In this document: one piece after another, positions 54,013 through 59,935 of the stretch
How the letters are laid out: each line of letters begins with the position of its first letter
Numbering within the stretch: the stretch's first letter is position 1
Assembly: GCA_021731405.1 (NCBI GenBank)
Contig: JAKFXN010000006.1
Location: 1-59,935, forward strand
Source: Candidatus Parcubacteria bacterium
GTDB taxonomy: Bacteria; Patescibacteriota; Minisyncoccia; Phycocordibacterales; UBA918
Direction of reading: 5' to 3'
Length of the DNA: 59,935 nt
Notes under the pieces: model-generated
What the model saw: the letters and a program-made list of their open reading frames with translations, nothing else
Databases searched by the model: none
Told to the model about the DNA's origin: nothing
Translations under genes and position numbers: made by a program

Positions 54013-55581
54013 TTATGGTGTTCTTAGATTAAGTAATTCAGTAAAGTCAGCACTGTTGGTGGCAATAAAGACTAGGTTTCCATGTACCCCGTAAAGCAAT
54101 CGCTCTGTCCCGCTTTCTGTTTTTAAGACGCGGACGTCTAATCCTCCGAGTGACGCATCAATAAATTTTGGTTGTAGTTCTGCACCAGTAATACCGTAGA
54201 GAGTATTAATATCAGCTCCCATAGTTTCCTCCCAAGCAAGAAGCCCCCCCTTTGCTGTTACTAGATCAGTGACCTGCAGGAGCATAAATGGTTGTCTTTC
54301 ACTGGTGTAGCCAAATCTCACTTGTGAGATACCTTGAGCAAAACTTTGTTCAAGTGAGACTCCGAGTAATGAGAGTAAGAGGTGAGGTGGAATAAGTTCA
54401 TTTTGTTCAGTTACAAACACGATTTGGGTTGTTGCTTCAAGGCTACTACGTATATCCACCAAAGCTTCAAAAACACTCTCTCTGTTTATGGTGGTAAGAG
54501 GGACTTCTTTGCGGTCGCTATTGATGAGTGGTGTAAGTTCCCGCGCGCTAAGAGTGGTGTTTGTATCTTCTTCTAGCCCGTTCAGCATAAAGTATCCATA
54601 GGTACCAAGGACCACAAGCGCTAGTACTGCTGCTGAGACACCAAGCGCTAGGGTGTTGGTGTCGATATGTAAAATAGTACTGAGGCGAGAAACTTTTTCT
54701 CTCATTGTTACCGGTTCTGGTTCTGTAACATTTTCAATAATCGGAGCAGGAGCAACAACTTCTATGATTGGTTCAGGTTCAACAGTGACTTCAGGTTCAG
54801 TTGCTATGAGAGGGACTTCTGGCTTTACAACTAGCGGAGGAGTAACAACACTCACTCTTTGAACGTCTTTTTTAACTACAATCTCTTCCGGTGAAGTGCG
54901 GTAACTTTTTCGGCTCACAAATTGCACGTTAGAAATCGCTGCCTTCTTACTTGTTTCGAGCAAGAGGAATCCAGGTTCTGTCTTAGCACTCCAGCTTGTG
55001 TGCGAAGGCTCCTTCTCAGCTTCTTCTTGGCGTTGGCGAATGCGTTCGTGGATTGAAGAAAAATCTGAAGTAGCCAACTTACCCGTAGCAGATGTCGCTT
55101 TTTGAATAACTCCCTTCCGACGTGATGTTTCGGGGATTGTATACTTCGGCTGCTTCTTTACTTGGTAAGAAAGTTTTTTATCCGCAAACCACTGTTTGAT
55201 GGAGGTAACGATAGCTGGTAAAAGCTTGAAACGGTCACGTTTGGTGTCAGTGATGATGGTCGCAGCAGCAGCGTCTTCATTATCAACAATAAAGGTCGTG
55301 TTACTTGAGCTGGCATTAGCAGAGGTTATCTTTTTGATACTCCCTGGTAGTGGAGCTCGTCTCCCCTCGCGCGCAACACTTGGCGAGGCAATAATTGGTG
55401 GCATCGAAACAACCTTTGGTTTTTTTGTTAAAAACGATTCTTTTGGAGCAGGATCTTCATTCACAGTAATAACTGCTTCAGTCTCAGGAGTGAGACCTTT
55501 TTCTTTACGCTTAGACTCGAGGTCTTTGGCGTAGGTGCGAAGTGGCGGCAATTTACTCGGCTGTGGCTTTTGAGTATCCAT
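54013..55581 (-). CDS. Hypothetical single-pass membrane protein with a long low-complexity N-terminal region
   Basis: P/E/V-rich linker, central TM helix, globular C-terminal domain. Confidence 0.65.
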   Translation of the reverse strand: MDTQKPQPSKLPPLRTYAKDLESKRKEKGLTPETEAVITVNEDPAPKESFLTKKPKVVSMPPIIASPSVAREGRRAPLPGSIKKITSANASSSNTTFIVDNEDAAAATIITDTKRDRFKLLPAIVTSIKQWFADKKLSYQVKKQPKYTIPETSRRKGVIQKATSATGKLATSDFSSIHERIRQRQEEAEKEPSHTSWSAKTEPGFLLLETSKKAAISNVQFVSRKSYRTSPEEIVVKKDVQRVSVVTPPLVVKPEVPLIATEPEVTVEPEPIIEVVAPAPIIENVTEPEPVTMREKVSRLSTILHIDTNTLALGVSAAVLALVVLGTYGYFMLNGLEEDTNTTLSARELTPLINSDRKEVPLTTINRESVFEALVDIRSSLEATTQIVFVTEQNELIPPHLLLSLLGVSLEQSFAQGISQVRFGYTSERQPFMLLQVTDLVTAKGGLLAWEETMGADINTLYGITGAELQPKFIDASLGGLDVRVLKTESGTERLLYGVHGNLVFIATNSADFTELLNLRTP

Positions 55582-55632
55582 TCCCAATAGTATGACACGG
55601 ATTCCATTCTTTGTGGCAGGGCGCCTGTGGCT

Positions 55633-57759
55633 TTATTTTGCGTCTTTTAGGTTTCTTTTACTGGCAAATTCTGGGTCTGCCTGCTTAATGGAAAGTCCAA
55701 TTTTGCCATCCTCAAGCTTGCTCACCACTACGGGGACAGATTCTCCAACCATAAGTACACCATCGAGTGTCTCCAGTCTAAAAGGAGCAATTTCTGAAAT
55801 GTGAATCAAGCCTTCGTTATAGGCATCAAGGCGAGCAAAGGCTCCAAAAGCAGCTATTTTGGTGACCGTAACGTCTAGGCGTTCCCCAATCTCGTAGCGT
55901 CTTGTGAGCGCTCTGATCTTATCTGCAGCTTTTGAGGCGCTTTCAGCCTTACCAGTAACGTAGACCGTGCCATCTTCTTCGATGGTTATTTCTTCTACCC
56001 CAGTTTCGTCTTTAATGCCGTTTATGGTTTTTCCACCTGAGCCAATCACCAATCCAATTTGTTCTGGAAGTATGTTAAGTGAGATGATTTCAGGGGCACG
56101 TGGCGAGATAGTCGCTCTCGGAATTGCTATTTCAGACGTCATAACTTCAAGGATGTGCAATCGAGCCGTTTTGGCTTTTGAGAGTGCTTCACTCAGTATA
56201 GAGACAGAAATTCCGTCTACCTTTACGTCCATCTGAATTGCGGTTATTCCCTCAGTTGTACCGGCAACCTTAAAGTCCATATCCCCAAACTCATCTTCAG
56301 GTCCTTGAATGTCAGTTAAGAGTGCGTACTTATCGTCCAGTATCATGACTCCTGAGGCAATTCCCGCGACGGCTCTTGTGATCGGGACTCCCCCATCCAT
56401 GAGAGCCAAACTAGAAGCGCAGACCGAACCCATTGAGCTTGAGCCGTTACTCGACATTGTTTCTGAGACGAGTCGAATGGTATATGGAAAAGCAGACAAG
56501 GGTGGAATGACAGGTACCAGTGCCTTTTCTGCCAGAGCTCCATGTCCAATCATGCGACGATTGAAGCCTCCTACTCGTCCCGTTTCGCCAACTGAAAACG
56601 GCGGGAAGTTATAGTGATGCATGAATTGTTTTTTGCCGTCGCGCTCTTCTACCGTATCAATCATTTGAGCAGCGTCAGGTCCACCAAGGGTAAGGGCTGA
56701 AAAGATTCGTGTGCCGCCACGGTAGAAAATTCCAGAGCCATGAAGGACGGGAGAGATGCCGCCGGCTTGGGCGTAGAGTTCTCGCACGGTGTCCATGTCT
56801 CGTCCGTCCGCTCTTTCTCCTCTAAGAACTGCACCAAGGTGGAGTTCTTTGTCGACCATTTCTTCAAAAAAGACACCCGCCACTTTGCTGTCGATGGATT
56901 CTGTTTGCTCTGTCGCTACTGCTGTCAGGAAGACATCCTTCAGTTCATAGATATGGTCCTTCCCTGCCCTTTTTGAGAAAAGTGTATTAATGAGTCTGGT
57001 CTTAAATTGGTTTTCGTAAAGAGAAAGTAGTACTTCTGGTATTTCAGGAGCGAGGAATATTTTTTTTGTTTTTCCAATCTCAGCAAAAATAGCCACTTGG
57101 AATTTTTCCAACTGGGCGTGAATCACTGCGGCTTCTGCTAAGAGTGAAACAATGCTTTCTTCGCTTGTTTCATAAGCTGCTGTTTCGATCATATTTATCT
57201 TGCCATCTTTCCCGCAAGCAAGTAGTTCAATATCGAGGTCATCATTGACTCGGTCAAGGTAGGTGGGGTTTACTAAAATGGCTTGGTCACTTTTTCTTCG
57301 AGCCAGCCGCGCAACACCAACTGGTCCATTCCATGGAATATCAGATACCCCAAGAGCCAACGAAGCACCGATGACTCCAAGGATGTCCGGATCGTCTTCA
57401 CCGATTGCGAGCACGGTCACCACAATCTGCACGTCTACTTTAAGGTGTGCCGGAAAAAGTGGCCTGATGGTTCTGTCGACAATGCGCGCTGAGAGGACTG
57501 CTTCATCACTTGGCTTTCCTTCACGACGCATAAATCGACTACCGAGGATTTCTCCTGCGGCATAAAACTTTTCTTCAAATTCAACTGAGAGCGGAAAATA
57601 CGGTAACCCCGGATTTGATTTTCCCATCACGGCAGTAACTAGGACCACCGTCTCTCCGTAGTGAACCATTACAGACCCATTGGTGTGTGTGGTCAGGTCG
57701 TTAAATTCTGCGGTCAGAGTCTTTCCTCCAAACTCGGTTGTGAAAACTTTTTTTTGCAT
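55633..57759 (-). CDS. pnp: Polyribonucleotide nucleotidyltransferase
   Basis: RIVDRTIRP, HYNFPPFS, SNGSSSMGSVC, DMDFKVAG, KH and S1 domains. Confidence 0.97.
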   Translation of the reverse strand: MQKKVFTTEFGGKTLTAEFNDLTTHTNGSVMVHYGETVVLVTAVMGKSNPGLPYFPLSVEFEEKFYAAGEILGSRFMRREGKPSDEAVLSARIVDRTIRPLFPAHLKVDVQIVVTVLAIGEDDPDILGVIGASLALGVSDIPWNGPVGVARLARRKSDQAILVNPTYLDRVNDDLDIELLACGKDGKINMIETAAYETSEESIVSLLAEAAVIHAQLEKFQVAIFAEIGKTKKIFLAPEIPEVLLSLYENQFKTRLINTLFSKRAGKDHIYELKDVFLTAVATEQTESIDSKVAGVFFEEMVDKELHLGAVLRGERADGRDMDTVRELYAQAGGISPVLHGSGIFYRGGTRIFSALTLGGPDAAQMIDTVEERDGKKQFMHHYNFPPFSVGETGRVGGFNRRMIGHGALAEKALVPVIPPLSAFPYTIRLVSETMSSNGSSSMGSVCASSLALMDGGVPITRAVAGIASGVMILDDKYALLTDIQGPEDEFGDMDFKVAGTTEGITAIQMDVKVDGISVSILSEALSKAKTARLHILEVMTSEIAIPRATISPRAPEIISLNILPEQIGLVIGSGGKTINGIKDETGVEEITIEEDGTVYVTGKAESASKAADKIRALTRRYEIGERLDVTVTKIAAFGAFARLDAYNEGLIHISEIAPFRLETLDGVLMVGESVPVVVSKLEDGKIGLSIKQADPEFASKRNLKDAK

Positions 57760-57779
57760 ACACGTATTAACTCAGTGAC

Positions 57780-57827
57780 CTCTACAAGTTTTAGATTTCA
57801 AATGTTGAAACCTACCTACTTGTAGAG
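57780..57827 (-). promoter_or_regulatory. Long hairpin in the pnp leader
   Basis: 10-bp plus 10-bp stems (57780-89/57818-27 and 57792-801/57805-14), about 20 nt upstream of the ATG. Confidence 0.55.
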
Positions 57828-57854
57828 CTCGTTTATAATTCCTAGAGCATAACA

Positions 57855-57892
57855 AAGACGGTCGTCGATACACAAGTATCGACGACCGTCTT
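57855..57892. terminator. Terminator/hairpin after the NYN gene
   Basis: 17-bp inverted repeat. Confidence 0.75.
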
Positions 57893-57896
57893 ATTT

Positions 57897-58481
57897 TTAG
57901 TTTCCTCGCTCTCGGTTTCCGTTGTTGGTCATCTTTTTAATTTGTTTACGGAGCCCTGACTTTTTCTTGCTGGTCTTGTATCCAATGAGAAACTCACTTG
58001 GGTTTTCGTCCATATCGATAAAATCATCTACAACTTCTCGGAGTCTTCCTGAAGCAGAGCGACCAAACGTAATCACCTCTACCTGACAGCCTTGGTTTTT
58101 GACATACTCCACCAGCGGAATAAAATCGCCATCGCCAGTTGCGAGAATAATGGCGTCAACTTTGTTGGCGAGCTTGATGGCGTCAATTGCGAGACCAACA
58201 TCCCAGTCTGCCTTCTTTGCTCCGCCGTAAAATATTTGAAGATCTTTGGTTTTGATTTCGATGCCTACCTTTTCGAGAGCTTCAAAAAAGGGAGCCTCTT
58301 CCCCGCTCTCAGTGTTTACTACGTATGAGAGCGCACGAATGAGTTTGCGATCTCCGAGAGCGGCTTTGACGACGGCAGCGAAGTTTACTTTAGATTTGTA
58401 TAAATTTTTTGCGCTGTGGTAGAGGTTTTGTGTGTCTATCAAAATAGCGACGCGTTGTTCCGGGTGTCGAATTATACCCAT
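57897..58481 (-). CDS. NYN (LabA/DUF88) domain protein
   Basis: ILIDTQNLY, KKADWDVGLAID, LATGDGDFIPLV, ADD-like DDFID. Confidence 0.92.
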   Translation of the reverse strand: MGIIRHPEQRVAILIDTQNLYHSAKNLYKSKVNFAAVVKAALGDRKLIRALSYVVNTESGEEAPFFEALEKVGIEIKTKDLQIFYGGAKKADWDVGLAIDAIKLANKVDAIILATGDGDFIPLVEYVKNQGCQVEVITFGRSASGRLREVVDDFIDMDENPSEFLIGYKTSKKKSGLRKQIKKMTNNGNRERGN

Positions 58482-58545
58482 ACTTGTATATAAAAATTAG
58501 TGTTCTTTTTAAAAAACCGTCACTTCATAAACTATACCGTGAAAA

Positions 58546-58576
58546 ATAAAAATGCTCCAGAGAGGAGCATTTTTAT
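58546..58576. terminator. rpsO terminator
   Basis: 13-bp inverted repeat with A/T tails. Confidence 0.8.
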
Positions 58577-58577
58577 A

Positions 58578-58844
58578 TTAACGCTTAAGACCAAGTTTCT
58601 TGATAAGAGCCTCGTAAGACTTCTCATCTTTCTTCTCAAGATACTTTAGGTGCTTGCGACGATCCGCAACCATCTGAAGTAGTCCGCGTCGTGAGTGAAA
58701 ATCTTTCTTGTGCTTTCGCAAGTGAGTAGAAAGTTCTTCAATCTGGCGGGTGATAAGTGCTACTTGTGCCTCAGGAGAGCCAGTGTCACCTTCGTGACGC
58801 TGAGCTCCTTTGAGAGCGTTTTCTTTTACTCGTTTTGTTAACAT
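58578..58844 (-). CDS. rpsO: 30S ribosomal protein S15
   Basis: [27 protein letters not shown]. Confidence 0.98.
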   Translation of the reverse strand: MLTKRVKENALKGAQRHEGDTGSPEAQVALITRQIEELSTHLRKHKKDFHSRRGLLQMVADRRKHLKYLEKKDEKSYEALIKKLGLKR

Positions 58845-58930
58845 ATATATGTATGAAGCGGCCCCTTGTATTAGATACGCACGTTAATGCTTACAGGTAG
58901 CTCGCAGTAATAACCGCGAAGGTTGTTACT

Positions 58931-58959
58931 ACTATAGCACAAAAAATAAAAGAAAGCAA
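58931..58959 (-). promoter_or_regulatory. rpsO promoter
   Basis: TTGCTT-17-TG-TATAGT. Confidence 0.7.
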
Positions 58960-59023
58960 GTCAGACCGCTGGTTCGACACTTTGTCAAAACAGTGTCGGG
59001 ATAATCGTTGTATACTATAGACA

Positions 59024-59935
59024 ATGACATTAGTTGAACTGAAACGACAATTCTTAGAGTACCTTGAGATCGAAAGGGGACGTAGTGTAAAGACTATTGA
59101 GAACTACGACCGCTACCTAGAGCGTTTTTTGTTATTTTCAAAGGCAAAAATGCCAGCTGACTTCACTGAGGAACAGGTTCGTGAGTTTCGCCTTTTCCTA
59201 AATCGCCAAGCAGGCACCAAAGTAGGAGGACGAACTGAGCCCATGAAACGAAAGACACAGAACTACTATTTGATAGCACTCAGAGCTTTTTTGAAGTTTA
59301 TGCGCAAACGCGGTGTGAGCTCACTTTCCCCGGAACGCATTGAGCTCGCTAAGGTACCAGAGCGATCGCTTGATTTAATCTCTGCCGGGGAACTCACCAG
59401 ACTGCTTGATTCCCCTGCCCAAGACTCGCTTGAGGGTAAACGAGACCGAGCTATCCTAGAGCTCCTCTTTTCAACCGGTCTGCGTATCTCTGAACTTTGC
59501 GCCCTCTCAACTGATGATGTGGACCTGACTCGGGATGAATTTTCTGTGCGTGGGAAAGGAGATAAAGTTCGAGTAGTATTTCTTTCAGAAAATGCGCGGG
59601 CCGCTATTAAGGCGTATTTGGCAGGACGTAAGGATATGGAGGATGCTCTGTTTGTTCGCTATGGTCGAAAGGCTCATGTGGGCGAAGATGGCCGAGTTAC
59701 TCCTCGAGTCGTTCAGCGGCTTTTAAAACGCTACGCAACCAAAGCGGGTATCACGAGAAAAGTGACGCCGCATGTTATTCGTCACAGTTTTGCCACTGAC
59801 CTCCTCAGTAATGGAGCTGACCTTCGCTCAGTGCAGGCACTCCTCGGACATGCTCATATTGGCACCACTCAGGTGTACACTCATGTCACTGACGCGCATT
59901 TGCGTGAGATTCATAAAAAATTTCACACCAATCGA
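59024..59935 (+). CDS. Partial XerC/XerD-like tyrosine recombinase (runs off the right edge; missed by ORF track)
   Basis: Manual translation: FLEYLEIERGRSVKTIENY, RDRAILELLFSTGLRISEL, GKGDKVR, TPHVIRHSFAT, LLGHAHIGTTQVYTH. Confidence 0.92.
   Translation, partial: MTLVELKRQFLEYLEIERGRSVKTIENYDRYLERFLLFSKAKMPADFTEEQVREFRLFLNRQAGTKVGGRTEPMKRKTQNYYLIALRAFLKFMRKRGVSSLSPERIELAKVPERSLDLISAGELTRLLDSPAQDSLEGKRDRAILELLFSTGLRISELCALSTDDVDLTRDEFSVRGKGDKVRVVFLSENARAAIKAYLAGRKDMEDALFVRYGRKAHVGEDGRVTPRVVQRLLKRYATKAGITRKVTPHVIRHSFATDLLSNGADLRSVQALLGHAHIGTTQVYTHVTDAHLREIHKKFHTNR

Noticed and set aside
58845-58930. S15 autoregulatory RNA
   Set aside because: An ~80-nt leader and a hairpin (58906-30) exist, but the predicted start site cuts the hairpin's 5' arm and no known S15-leader consensus is recognisable.
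1-59935. CRISPR array / cas genes
   Set aside because: No run of three or more equal repeats with unique spacers was seen; repeats are pairs or palindromes only. No Cas motifs.
1-59935. Alternative genetic code (TGA recoded as in Gracilibacteria/Absconditabacteria)
   Set aside because: Core genes are full length under code 11 and TGA ends genes (e.g. 7906-08, 19165-67).
59024-59935. Phage integrase marking a second island
   Set aside because: The sequence is XerC/D-like with a SAM-like N-domain, has host-like composition and lies next to rpsO; no arm-binding domain or att evidence within the window.

Overview
Chromosomal window from a reduced-genome bacterium, most likely Patescibacteria/CPR (Parcubacteria-like). 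This is inferred from gene content: a short YebC, a monoderm-type YidC, an NYN gene between rpsO and pnp, and a relaxase-free PrgI/VirB4 cluster; standard code 11 is used. The window spans the probable replication origin (dnaN-oriC-dnaA-rpmH-rnpA-yidC, about 31.6-35.9 kb). The left ~13.5 kb is accessory: a cupredoxin/DsbA thiol-metal cluster, then a large-serine-recombinase island (UDG-like protein behind a pseudoknotted leader, TerS-like HTH, ParB-methyltransferase, ADP-ribosylglycohydrolase, AT-rich RecD-like helicase) ending in a tRNA-3'-like remnant, then a second DsbA, an MFS transporter and a VOC protein. Core genes follow (rpsT, ruvA, murE, lnt, trmH, tRNA-Lys, holA, polA, tsaE, pilB, ruvB-yebC-ruvC, tyrS, PBP1A). 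Right of the origin lie an ~11.8 kb domesticated T4SS-like cluster, rsmA, uvrD, LysM-M23, comM, a DksA/TraR-like gene, pnp, NYN, rpsO and a partial Xer recombinase. The best leads are three unexplained structured non-coding RNAs (about 3.56-3.75 kb, 18.43-18.64 kb and 25.02-25.26 kb), the island as a candidate modified-DNA/anti-phage module, and a pervasive leaderless-promoter architecture. All product calls are motif-based; no database searches were run.
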